Origin: a virus
DNA length: 64,000 nt
Virus record (IMG/VR): IMGVR_UViG_3300021371_000007
Coordinates: 1 to 64,000 of that record
Direction: 5' to 3' (one strand)
The notes below the pieces were generated by a model. That model had not been told where the DNA came from. It saw only the letters and a program-made list of their open reading frames with translations, and did not search any database. Positions within the stretch are counted from its first letter, which is position 1, and the number at the start of each line of letters is the position of its first letter. Shown piece after piece: positions 1 to 9,553 of this stretch. Made by a program: the position numbers and the translations under genes.

Positions 1-2
1 TA

Positions 3-458
3 ACAGGTCATGTAGGTAATGTTACTTTCACTTATGCTACTGGTAGCATAAACAACCTAACTGTTACTAATGACTTATTGATACACGGCAAAACAACTTT
101 AAAAACAGGGGTTATTGAAGGATTTTCTAACATAACAGGCGCAACAGGAGTTACTACTCATGACTGTAGTAACGGTCATATTTTTAGGCATACAGGTATA
201 GCAGCTAACTTTACTGCAAATTTTACTAACTTAGGGCTTACAAATGATCATGGGTCAACAGTAGCTCTATTGCTCATACAAGGTAGCACCTCTTATATAC
301 CTACAGCAGTTCAGATAGGAGGAGTATCACAAACTATACTTTGGCAGGGAGGTAGTTCTCCAAGCGGTACAAATAATGGAACAGATATAGTTACTTTTAG
401 TATTATACAGGCGAGCGGTACGTATACAATATTAGGAAATTTAATATCTTATTCATAG
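3..458 (+). CDS. 3' part of a virion/tail-fibre-type protein, truncated by the window edge
   Basis: Frame is open from position 3, upstream of the TTG at 78 used in the ORF track; T/G/N-rich beta-type C-terminal domain (..ILWQGGSSPSGT..DIVTFSI..) like marine phage fibre ends. Confidence 0.55.
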   Translation, partial: TGHVGNVTFTYATGSINNLTVTNDLLIHGKTTLKTGVIEGFSNITGATGVTTHDCSNGHIFRHTGIAANFTANFTNLGLTNDHGSTVALLLIQGSTSYIPTAVQIGGVSQTILWQGGSSPSGTNNGTDIVTFSIIQASGTYTILGNLISYS

Positions 459-467
459 GGAGTTAAT

Positions 468-3400
468 ATGCCATTTTTAGCAGCTATAAGCGCAGGATTT
501 GGGGCTAACATAATAAATAGTATTTCTAGTGTATTAGACTGGATTCAACATGCTAAATTAACGTCTTCAAATAATTCTGGTAATGATAAATTTGGAGAGA
601 AAGTAGCTATTGATGGTAATATTGCTGTAGTAGGCGCACCAAATTATGATACAGGTGGAGGAGTTAACAGTCCTAAGGGGGCTGCATATGTATTCACTCG
701 CTCAGGAGATACCTGGACTCAACAAGCCATGATACAGTCTAATGACATAGCCGTTGGAGATACCTTTGGTATTACAGTTGCTATTAGCGGTAACACTATT
801 ATTGTAGGTGCTGAGTATGAAGATGGCTCATCTTCTAGCGCAACAAACTATGGATCAGTATACGTTTTTACAGGATCAGGGTCTAGTTGGACTCAACAAG
901 CTAAATTAGGTGATCCTAACCCTAGTACTAACGATTGGTTTGGAAGTAAAAGTATAGCTATTAGCGGTAACACTATTGTTATAGGTAGTATTTATTCTGA
1001 TGATACCGCTACTAATTCAGGTACTGCTCATGTATATACTCGTTCGGGCTCAACGTGGACCTATAGAACACAGTTGGAAGCTAGTGATGCAGCACAAAGT
1101 GATAGATTTGGCGCGGGAGTACAAATAAACGGAAACACTATACTAGTAGGAGCCCATAGTGAAGGAGGTTCTGGAAATTCTAGAGGAGCAGTTTATGCTT
1201 TCACAGGCTCAGGTTCTAGTTGGACGCAACAAGCAAAGCTAACAGCTAGTGATGCTCAAGACTATGATTACTTTGGATATGGACTAGACCTAGATGGTGA
1301 TACTGCTGTAATAGGAGCTTTTGGAGAAGATAATATAGGAAGTAACTCAGGGTCCGCTTACGTGTTTACCAGATCAGGAACTACTTGGTCTCAGCAACAA
1401 AAATTAACCGCCTCTGATACGGCATTTGGTTATGATATAGGCCTCTCAGTAGCTATTGAAGGGAGTCTAATTGCTTTAGGAGCTAGAGGCGCAGATTCTG
1501 ATACAGGAGCGGTTTACATATTTAAGCTAGACGGAGGTACCTGGACAGAAGAACAAAAATTAATTTCCGATGAAGGTGCTGAGGATGACGATTTTGGTGA
1601 ATATATAAGCTTATCATCTGATTATATTATAGCATCTACAAAGGATGAGTCCGCCTTTATATTTAAGTATACTAAGCCTACCTACTCTGTAACAGTCCCT
1701 AGTAGTATAAATGAAGGATCGGCAGGAACTATAAACGTAGCTACAACTAATGTTACTGATAGTACTACTCTATATTATACTCTTACTAACTCTTCAGACT
1801 TTAGTGCTTCTAGTGGTAGTTTTACTATTAACTCTAATTCCGGCTCTTTTAATGTCACTCCAACGGCGGATAATACTACAGAAGGATCTGAAACGTTTCA
1901 AGTAGAAATTAGAATAGAAAGTACTAGCGGTACTATTGTAACTACTTCTAACTCTATAACGATAAATGATACTAGTACCGAATCTTATAGTATTATTCCA
2001 GCAGTGAACAATGTAAACGAAGGCAGTAGCCTAACTTTTAATGTAACCACAGCAGGAGTTGCAAACGGAACAACTTTATATTACACATTATCAAATTCAG
2101 GAGATTTTGCATCTTCATCAGGAAGCTTTACTATTAACAGCAATGCAGGATCATTTTCTGTTACCCCAACAGCAGATAACACTACAGAAGGCAGTGAAAC
2201 TTTTACTGTAAGTTTAAGAACGGGCAGTGTGTCAGGCACAGTAGTAGCAGTGTCAAGCTCTGTAACTATAAATGACACTAGTACTAGCCCTGTAAGTTGG
2301 TCGTCACCTACTGCAGCTGCTAAATTGCTAGCCTCTGATGCGCAAACTAGTGACAATTTTGGGCAATCTGTTTCTATATCTAATAATGGAACTATAGCTA
2401 TAGTAGGGTCCCCTAATGAAGACACAGGCGGTACAAGTACTGGAGCTGCTTATATATACTCTGTATCTGGAAGTACTTGGACACAACAGGCTAAAATACA
2501 AGCATCTGATAAGGCATCATATGATGCCTTTGGGTACTCTGTTTCTATTGACGGTGACGGAGATACTGCTATTGTAGGGGCGTATGCTGAAGATCCTAGT
2601 GGTATTACAGATGCAGGTTCTGCATACATATTTACCCGTTCAGGGTCTACATGGACTCAACAAGGTAAAATATATGCATCCGATAAAGCAAATTCAGACT
2701 ATTTTGGTAGAGGCGTTTCTATTTCTGGTGATGGGAATACAGTAGTAGTAAGCGCGCATCTTGAAGATCCTATAGGAGCTTCATTTGCTAATCAAGATGC
2801 TGGTTCTGCCTATATATTTACTAGATCAGGAACAAGTTGGTCACAACAGTCTAAACTACAAGCTTCTGATGCACAAGGGAGTGATAATTTCGGACAATCT
2901 GTTTCTATATCTAATGATGGGGATACAGTTATAGTGGGTGCATATAATGAAGACACAGGCGGTACAGATGCCGGAGCTGCATATATATACACTAGATCTG
3001 GAAGTACTTGGACACAACAGGCTAAAATACAAGCTTCTAATAAAGGAAGTAGTGATAGATTTGGGCAATCTGTTTCTATTGATAGTGATGGGGATACTGC
3101 TATAGTTGGTGCTGCATTCGAAGACACAGGAGGTAGTAGTGCTGGCTCTGCATACGTATTTACCCGATCAGGAACAAGCTGGAGTCAGCAAGCGCAAATA
3201 CAACCAACTAATGTTATTGCTGGTGATCTATTCGGTAGAAGCGTTTCTATTTCTGGTGACGGGAATACAGTCATAGGAAGCTCCTATGTAGAAGATACAG
3301 GGTTTACTAATGCTGGGTCTGCTTATATTTTCACTAGATCTGGAAGTACTTGGACTCAACAGTCTAAAATACAAGCTTATGACGCACAAGCTAGTGCTTA

Positions 3401-3518
3401 TTTTGGTCAACTTGTGAATATATCTAATGACGGCAACACAGCAATTATAGGTGCTAATAATACTGATAGTGGTAGCACATCAGCCGCTGGAGCAGCTTAT
3501 ATATATAAGCCATCTTAA
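468..3518 (+). CDS. FG-GAP repeat adhesin / candidate receptor-binding protein: two beta-propellers separated by two Calx-beta/Ig-like domains
   Basis: About 14 repeats of D.FG.SV.I.G...VGA..ED...G.AY.FTRSG..W.QQ.K; two copies of NEG....F.V.T..V..GT.LYY.L....DF...SGSF.I...D.TTEG.ETF. Confidence 0.85.
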   Translation: MPFLAAISAGFGANIINSISSVLDWIQHAKLTSSNNSGNDKFGEKVAIDGNIAVVGAPNYDTGGGVNSPKGAAYVFTRSGDTWTQQAMIQSNDIAVGDTFGITVAISGNTIIVGAEYEDGSSSSATNYGSVYVFTGSGSSWTQQAKLGDPNPSTNDWFGSKSIAISGNTIVIGSIYSDDTATNSGTAHVYTRSGSTWTYRTQLEASDAAQSDRFGAGVQINGNTILVGAHSEGGSGNSRGAVYAFTGSGSSWTQQAKLTASDAQDYDYFGYGLDLDGDTAVIGAFGEDNIGSNSGSAYVFTRSGTTWSQQQKLTASDTAFGYDIGLSVAIEGSLIALGARGADSDTGAVYIFKLDGGTWTEEQKLISDEGAEDDDFGEYISLSSDYIIASTKDESAFIFKYTKPTYSVTVPSSINEGSAGTINVATTNVTDSTTLYYTLTNSSDFSASSGSFTINSNSGSFNVTPTADNTTEGSETFQVEIRIESTSGTIVTTSNSITINDTSTESYSIIPAVNNVNEGSSLTFNVTTAGVANGTTLYYTLSNSGDFASSSGSFTINSNAGSFSVTPTADNTTEGSETFTVSLRTGSVSGTVVAVSSSVTINDTSTSPVSWSSPTAAAKLLASDAQTSDNFGQSVSISNNGTIAIVGSPNEDTGGTSTGAAYIYSVSGSTWTQQAKIQASDKASYDAFGYSVSIDGDGDTAIVGAYAEDPSGITDAGSAYIFTRSGSTWTQQGKIYASDKANSDYFGRGVSISGDGNTVVVSAHLEDPIGASFANQDAGSAYIFTRSGTSWSQQSKLQASDAQGSDNFGQSVSISNDGDTVIVGAYNEDTGGTDAGAAYIYTRSGSTWTQQAKIQASNKGSSDRFGQSVSIDSDGDTAIVGAAFEDTGGSSAGSAYVFTRSGTSWSQQAQIQPTNVIAGDLFGRSVSISGDGNTVIGSSYVEDTGFTNAGSAYIFTRSGSTWTQQSKIQAYDAQASAYFGQLVNISNDGNTAIIGANNTDSGSTSAAGAAYIYKPS

Positions 3519-3545
3519 AAATGTGATATTAAAGAAAGTAAATAA

Positions 3546-4811
3546 ATGAGTGAATATTTTAAAGTACCAGTAGATAAACTAGTACAAAAACTACCCGCCA
3601 AATTTGGGTTTAAGGAGTTTAATCCTAGTCAGTTAGCTATGCAAAGAGGTTTAGAAGAGCATAGATTTTGGACGCATATATCAGCCAGACGAACAGGTAA
3701 ATCTAGCGCCGCATCTGTACTAGCTTTAGCAAAACTATTAGAGCCTAATCAGCAAGTGCTAGTTGTAGCACCTGATTATAATTTATCATCTATTATCTGG
3801 GACTATACTACAGAGCTTATTAGTGTGCTAGGTATAGAAACTAAAAGACTAAATTTAAAAGATAGGGTTGTTAGATTAGTTAATGATAGCACTTTTAGGC
3901 TATTATCTGCTAATAATAGATCAACTCTTGTAGGTAGGGCAGCTAATTTATTAATTGTAGATGAGGCTGCTATTATATCTGATGATGAATATTTTACTAG
4001 AGATTTAAGACCTGCCTTATCTACTTATGAAGGAAGTAGAGCTTTATTTATATCTACCCCTAGAGGTAAACAAAATTATTTGTATAAATATTGGAGTAGA
4101 GGAGCTGACGATAAGTATCCTGAGTGGGGTGCAGGTCTTTTTCCTTGGCATGTTAATCCTGCATTAAAAGAAGCTGATATATCAGAAGCAAAAAGAACAC
4201 TTCCTCCTAGTATATTTCAACAAGAGTATCATTGTGATTGGGTAAGTTTTGAGGGACAAATATATAAAGTAGAAGACTCTATACACTTAGTGGATACTGC
4301 GGAAACTGTTAAGCCTAACGATGATAGATATACTTTTATTGCAGGGCTAGATATGGGATTCAGAGATGATACTGCTTTTGTAGTTTTAGCTACTGATGGT
4401 ACTAATTTTTTTGTAGTAGATGAATATGTAGCCAGTGAAGGCACTACTTCTTCTCATGCAGAAATTATAAGTGAGATAATAGAACACTGGGGTATAGAAA
4501 ATATATACATAGATTCTGCTGCTGCTCAGACAAAAGCTGATTTAGCATATGACTATGATATTTTTTGTGAGAACGCGGTTAAGTCTGTAAATGATGGTAT
4601 TAGTTATGTTCAAGTATTAATTCAAAATGAAAATTTATTTTTTGACTTAGAAAATACTACTAAAACTTATTCTAGTGTTAATGGTTATAGATGGAATACA
4701 AGAGGTGAAAAATCAAAACCTTTACACGATTGGACATCTCATTGTTGCGATGCTTTAAGGTACGCTATATACTCATATGCAAAATCATCATCGGTAGGTA
4801 TTTATGGATAA
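3546..4811 (+). CDS. terL: Terminase large subunit (T5-like)
   Basis: Walker A ARRTGKS, Walker B LLIVDEA, ISTPRG coupling motif, nuclease GLDMG and HCCDALRY. Confidence 0.95.
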   Translation: MSEYFKVPVDKLVQKLPAKFGFKEFNPSQLAMQRGLEEHRFWTHISARRTGKSSAASVLALAKLLEPNQQVLVVAPDYNLSSIIWDYTTELISVLGIETKRLNLKDRVVRLVNDSTFRLLSANNRSTLVGRAANLLIVDEAAIISDDEYFTRDLRPALSTYEGSRALFISTPRGKQNYLYKYWSRGADDKYPEWGAGLFPWHVNPALKEADISEAKRTLPPSIFQQEYHCDWVSFEGQIYKVEDSIHLVDTAETVKPNDDRYTFIAGLDMGFRDDTAFVVLATDGTNFFVVDEYVASEGTTSSHAEIISEIIEHWGIENIYIDSAAAQTKADLAYDYDIFCENAVKSVNDGISYVQVLIQNENLFFDLENTTKTYSSVNGYRWNTRGEKSKPLHDWTSHCCDALRYAIYSYAKSSSVGIYG

Positions 4812-5043
4812 AAATAATCTAAACTCAGTAAAAAGAGGTATGTTTCCTTTACGAAAAAAACATACTAAACAAAGCTTAAAAAAAGATGTTAAAGCACTAA
4901 GAGCTAACGGATATCCTATACACATAGCTCTACATACTTTAGACTCTTCAAGAAAAAAGAAAAAGAGTTCTAATAGTAAATTAAAGAGGGGATTGATAAT
5001 AAATTCCCCTAAAAGGTATACAATAAGAAAAGATACAAAATAA
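4804..5043 (+). CDS. Small basic hypothetical protein
   Basis: Overlaps the terL stop; K/R-rich; PLRK..K.S....V..L...GYP..IAL resembles small proteins seen near phage packaging genes. Confidence 0.5.
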   Translation: MDKNNLNSVKRGMFPLRKKHTKQSLKKDVKALRANGYPIHIALHTLDSSRKKKKSSNSKLKRGLIINSPKRYTIRKDTK

Positions 5044-5047
5044 ATTT

Positions 5048-5076
5048 TTGACTCTAAGCAAAATAAGATTTATAAT
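5048..5076 (+). promoter_or_regulatory. Sigma70-type promoter
   Basis: TTGACT (5048-5053), 17-nt spacer, TATAAT (5071-5076). Confidence 0.75.
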
Positions 5077-5083
5077 TGATAAA

Positions 5084-5482
5084 ATGAAAGAATTAAAACG
5101 ACTTCCTGTTAAGTATGTGAGAGACTTTATAAAGAAAGATTATACTCATAAAGATCACTGTTTTATTTGTAATACAAAAGAAAACTTAGAATTACATCAT
5201 GTATTCAGTGTTTCAGAACTTTGGAACGAATGGTTAGAAAAAGAAAAAATTGATAACTCTATACTAGACTACGATTTAATCAAGGTTTTGAGAGTTCGTT
5301 TTTATCAAGAAAATAAGCACTTATTAGGGCCTGATAATTTATACACTCTTTGTAAAATACATCATCAAAGACTCCACAGTATATACGGTGCTAGATATTC
5401 TAACTGGAGATCTGTTAAGGTTAAAACTTGGCTAGAGAGTCAGAGATTGAAATTTGGAGAACAAAATGGCAGGTCCAATTAG
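5084..5482 (+). CDS. HNH-type nicking endonuclease, homolog of the T5 gene lying between terminase and portal
   Basis: KYVRD.IK..Y....C.IC...E.LELHH ... TLC..HH..LH..Y motif and synteny; ATG at 5084 preferred over TTG at 5048, which is the -35 box. Confidence 0.8.
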   Translation: MKELKRLPVKYVRDFIKKDYTHKDHCFICNTKENLELHHVFSVSELWNEWLEKEKIDNSILDYDLIKVLRVRFYQENKHLLGPDNLYTLCKIHHQRLHSIYGARYSNWRSVKVKTWLESQRLKFGEQNGRSN

Positions 5483-6764
5483 TTGGGTACGAGAAAAACT
5501 TAATCCTATTCAGCCCTATCTACAAAGTCAAGAACCTACAGTTCAGCCAGACAGCAATGTAGATTTTAGAGCTGCTTACGATCAAGTTGAGATAGTACAC
5601 AGATGCATAGAAATGATAGTCAACGCAGTAGTGGGTATACCCTTTGCAGTTGAACCCGGTAATCAAGGTGGTCCAGTTAAAAAAGTAAGTAAATTACTTA
5701 ATTCAAGGCCTAATCCTTTTGAAGATAGAACCAGATTTATGAGAAGAGCTGTAATGGATCTTTTATTAGATGGTAATGCTTTCTTCTATTATGATGGTAA
5801 TGATATGTATTTATTACCAGCTAACGATATAGAAATAGAAACAGATGCCAAGAGATTTGTAAAAGGCTATACTTATATGTTGTCAGGGGGTGAAACCGAA
5901 AATAGTTCAGGATTTCAGCCTTTTGCAAGCTCTACTCCTTACGCTTCTTCTGGCGGTTCTAAGAAAAAGCCTAAGCAAACTATTCATTTTGATTCTACAG
6001 AAGTTATACATATCAAAGATGATAATGATGAGAGTATATTTAGAGGAAAAAGTAGACTAAGATCTCTATCTGACCTTATAAATTTATATTATGCTTTGCT
6101 TAAGTTTCAAAGACAATTCTTTAAAAATAATGCTATACCTGGTGTTGTTTTAACTACAGATACCGTTCTTAGCTCAAAAGTGAAAGAACGGTTATTACAA
6201 AGCTGGCGAAACACATATACTACAATATTTGATGGAGCCAGAAATCCTGCCATATTAGATGGCGGATTAAAAATAGATAAGTTTAGTGACATAAACTTTC
6301 AAAATTTAGATTTTGAAAACAGTGTAGAACGATTGCAGCAAGATATGGCTAAATCTTTAGGAGTACCTTATACTCTATTAAAAAGTGGTAATAATGCTAA
6401 TATCTCTTCTAATCAAGTACTATTTTATGAGCACACTATTATTCCAATAGTTACTCAATTTACTAGTGCTTTTGAGCATCATTTTAACAGTGTTTCTATA
6501 AGACCCGAATTAGTATCTATACCTGCGCTACAACCAGACTTAAAATCTCAAGCGCAGTATTTTAGTTCTTTAGTTAATGCTGGTATTATTACTCCAGACG
6601 AAGCTAGAGAAAAACTTAATTTTCCTACTTTAGGATTAGATACTACTTCAGAAATTCGCATACCTCAGAATATCACAGGAAGTGCCACTAGTCCAGAGTT
6701 GGGCGGTAGACCTTCATCAGACGATACAGAAGATATGCCTATAACGGAGCCAACAAATGAGTGA
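5466..6764 (+). CDS. Portal protein (HK97/T5 family)
   Basis: LLLDGNAF, EVIHIKD, RG.SRL, FFKNNAIPG, GIITPDEAR; GGAG ribosome site before ATG 5466. Confidence 0.93.
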   Translation: MAGPISWVREKLNPIQPYLQSQEPTVQPDSNVDFRAAYDQVEIVHRCIEMIVNAVVGIPFAVEPGNQGGPVKKVSKLLNSRPNPFEDRTRFMRRAVMDLLLDGNAFFYYDGNDMYLLPANDIEIETDAKRFVKGYTYMLSGGETENSSGFQPFASSTPYASSGGSKKKPKQTIHFDSTEVIHIKDDNDESIFRGKSRLRSLSDLINLYYALLKFQRQFFKNNAIPGVVLTTDTVLSSKVKERLLQSWRNTYTTIFDGARNPAILDGGLKIDKFSDINFQNLDFENSVERLQQDMAKSLGVPYTLLKSGNNANISSNQVLFYEHTIIPIVTQFTSAFEHHFNSVSIRPELVSIPALQPDLKSQAQYFSSLVNAGIITPDEAREKLNFPTLGLDTTSEIRIPQNITGSATSPELGGRPSSDDTEDMPITEPTNE

Positions 6765-9471
6765 TAAAAAGTTTTATATCAATAGTGATAATATAGAAAT
6801 TAAATCAAAAACAGATAGTGCTAACAAGCCTTTTAAAATAGCTGGTTACGCTAATACTACATCAAAAGACAGAACTGGTGATGTAGTTTTATCAGAGGCA
6901 TGGGTTAAAGGCATAGAGAACTACAGAAAAAATCCTGTTTTACTCTATCAACATGATCATGGAAAGCCTATTGGTAAATCCGATACTGTAAGAGTAGACA
7001 AAAAAGGTATTTTTGTAGAAGCTTCAGTATCAAGTGCAGCTGAAAAACTACACGGAGTGCAATCTTTAATTGAAGATGGGGCGCTAAAAAGTTTTAGTGT
7101 AGGTTTCAGAGTAAAAGATGCAGATTATGATAGAACTGCAGATACTTTTGTAATTAAAGACCTAGAATTACTAGAGATTAGTGTGGTAAGTGTTCCCGCA
7201 AATCAAGAGTCTTTATTTAGTATCAGAAAAAGTTTCGAATCAGATGAAAGTTTTGAGTCTTTTAAGTCTCAATTCGAAAAAGAGGAGGAAGAAGTTTTGG
7301 AAGAAAAAACAACAGAAGAAACTGCAGTAGAAGAGTCTTTAGAAATTGAAGAAACTGTAGTAGAAGCTTCAGTACAAGAAGCTTCTGAAGACAAGTCTAT
7401 TGAAGAAAAAGATCTTGTTATAGACGAAGAAAAAGAAGCGGTTGAAGCAGAGGGATCTTATGAAGATCCTAATACTCTAATCCCTTTTTATAATATGCTA
7501 AGTACTGAGACTTCTCAGTTAGTTAATGGCGATTGTGTAAAAATGAAAGGCAATCGTTATAAAATTTCAAAAATTGCTACCGCCGAATCCCCATATTTCA
7601 TATTTAAAGAAATTGACATTAACGGGGTTTCAAGCGATAATACTATTAAGATTAATGCAGAAAATCTATCTGTAGTTAATGCTTGGGATCTTTCTACTAA
7701 ATTCGATATTGAAATCATCGACCATAGTGAAAGTAAGTCTTTAACAGATAAAGACAGAGAAGAAATTAAATCTAATTTCTCTGATCTTGTTAAAGCTTCC
7801 GAATTTAATCTTTTTGGCTTAAAACAAGAAGATAAAATTAAAAATAATGATCAGTATCAAACAACTTTAAACAACCTGTTAAATCTGAAAAGCATGGAAG
7901 CAGGAACTTGGAGTGATACTCACTATACGTTAGCAAAACGTTTTGTTAATACTATTAAAGCACTTATCGACCTTCCACAAGAAGAAGATAGAGATTTCGC
8001 ACTAAAACTATACGGTTATATTACCGAAAATAAGGAGAATAATGAGATGGCAACTCAAGATATTGGTGATCCCATCACTGTTGATACAAAAGCTGCAGGC
8101 ACCCAGGTTGTTGAAGAGAAAAAAGTTTCTAATCACGTTTCTGAGCCAGAAGTAGCAAAACTAGTCGAAAAGACTGGTGATAAAATCATGGAAGAATCAG
8201 AAGCTAAAATTAAAGCTAATAATGAAAACCATGAAGACTCTCGTTTAGCTGAAGAGCTTGCAGAGTTAAAAGGGCAAATGAAAGCCTACCGTGAGCAAAT
8301 TGACTCATACACAACTAGTAAAATGGTTTATCAAGAAAATACTCGTAGAAACGAGCAGTTTTCTCAGAAAGACCTATCTAACGCTTACTTTTTAGCTAAA
8401 GCTATGCGTAGAGACCCACTAAGCACTAAGTACGGCATGCGTATGAAAGATGTAGTACAAGGTGGTCAAGTAGATGCGTTTGAAAATGCATTTTCTACAA
8501 ACGTATATGAAGAAATGAGACAACAACTTGTTGTTGCTCCTTTGTTCAACCGCATCGAAGTTAACGCAAAACAGTTTTCAGTACCTGTTGCAAGCGAAGA
8601 CACAGATGACTCGATTGCTCAGTTTGAGTCCGGCACTTATGCCACAGACACAAACAACTATGTACCTGCCACAAATCAGCACGTACTAAAGAGCGTTGAC
8701 TTAACACCCCATAAATTTATGGTTAAGACACACATCGCAAAAGACGAAGAAGAAGATACACTACTTCCATTAGTAGACTTTTTACGTTCAGCAGCTACAC
8801 GTCGTTTAGCTCGCTTTACAGATAAAGTATTACTTCGTGGTAACGGTGGATTAACTGGCTTTGATGCTACTGAATCAATGTCAGCAGGTAGCACTACAGG
8901 AATAGGCGGAGTTGCTTCACCTATTACAGGTATTGTAAATCACGCTGGTGCAGTAGCCGCATTAAACGTATACAGAGGTGTAGGTTTAACAGGTGCTGCA
9001 GCTAATACAGCAACTGCTACTGCAGCTACTGTAGCTTCAGCTCGCGCAGCTATGGGCAAATATGGCTTAGCTATGGGAGACCAGTTAGTACTTCTTACTT
9101 CAGTAGAAGGTTATAATAACTTTGTAACTGAAACTGATTTCCAAACTGTAGATAAGTTTGGTCCTCAAGCTACCTACTTAACAGGCTCTATTGGTGCTAT
9201 TTATGGTATCCCAATTCAGATTTCTGAATTTATGGATTCTGTATCAGCAACAGCTAATAACCGTGTACTTGGTACTATGGTTTATAAGCCTGGATTCTTG
9301 ATTGGTGAGCGTCGTTCTATGGAAGTAGAAAGCGATTACCTTCCAGATCGCCAAGTTACAGCGCTTTATATGTCAACACGTTATGATATGAAAGCACTTA
9401 CAACAGAGTCAGCAGCTGCACTAAGCTCTTCTTACTCTTATGCTGTAAACATGTTAAGCGGTGCTGAGTAA
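6757..9471 (+). CDS. Prohead protease fused in frame to HK97-fold major capsid protein (internal start at 8047)
   Basis: N-terminus IAGYANT..DR.GD, LYQHD, SFSVGF, LEISVVSVPAN; C-terminal half has coiled-coil delta domain and capsid motifs (G.IYGIPI..S); no stop between them. Confidence 0.9.
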   Translation: MSDKKFYINSDNIEIKSKTDSANKPFKIAGYANTTSKDRTGDVVLSEAWVKGIENYRKNPVLLYQHDHGKPIGKSDTVRVDKKGIFVEASVSSAAEKLHGVQSLIEDGALKSFSVGFRVKDADYDRTADTFVIKDLELLEISVVSVPANQESLFSIRKSFESDESFESFKSQFEKEEEEVLEEKTTEETAVEESLEIEETVVEASVQEASEDKSIEEKDLVIDEEKEAVEAEGSYEDPNTLIPFYNMLSTETSQLVNGDCVKMKGNRYKISKIATAESPYFIFKEIDINGVSSDNTIKINAENLSVVNAWDLSTKFDIEIIDHSESKSLTDKDREEIKSNFSDLVKASEFNLFGLKQEDKIKNNDQYQTTLNNLLNLKSMEAGTWSDTHYTLAKRFVNTIKALIDLPQEEDRDFALKLYGYITENKENNEMATQDIGDPITVDTKAAGTQVVEEKKVSNHVSEPEVAKLVEKTGDKIMEESEAKIKANNENHEDSRLAEELAELKGQMKAYREQIDSYTTSKMVYQENTRRNEQFSQKDLSNAYFLAKAMRRDPLSTKYGMRMKDVVQGGQVDAFENAFSTNVYEEMRQQLVVAPLFNRIEVNAKQFSVPVASEDTDDSIAQFESGTYATDTNNYVPATNQHVLKSVDLTPHKFMVKTHIAKDEEEDTLLPLVDFLRSAATRRLARFTDKVLLRGNGGLTGFDATESMSAGSTTGIGGVASPITGIVNHAGAVAALNVYRGVGLTGAAANTATATAATVASARAAMGKYGLAMGDQLVLLTSVEGYNNFVTETDFQTVDKFGPQATYLTGSIGAIYGIPIQISEFMDSVSATANNRVLGTMVYKPGFLIGERRSMEVESDYLPDRQVTALYMSTRYDMKALTTESAAALSSSYSYAVNMLSGAE

Positions 9472-9497
9472 TCAGTAACTACTTATAGTTAGCAAAG

Positions 9498-9540
9498 AAA
9501 AGGGGATGCGGGCTCCCAGCCCCATTCCCTTTTTATTTTT
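9498..9540 (+). terminator. Rho-independent terminator after capsid gene
   Basis: AAAAGGGGATGCGGGCT-ccc-AGCCCCATTCCCTTTT followed by T-tract. Confidence 0.75.
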
Positions 9541-9553
9541 TAGGAGACAGTAA

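Noticed and set aside
2081-3410. Minus-strand ORFs inside the FG-GAP gene, and similar antisense ORFs inside terL, portal, capsid, tape measure, J, groES, nrdA, sbcC, pol and helicase
   Set aside because: Shadow frames of strongly supported genes; no SD or recognisable motifs
2330-3510. Repeated DNA blocks suggesting a CRISPR array or DGR template/variable repeats
   Set aside because: They are in-frame propeller blade repeats; no constant repeat-spacer pattern, no evident adenine-specific variation, and no reverse transcriptase in the window
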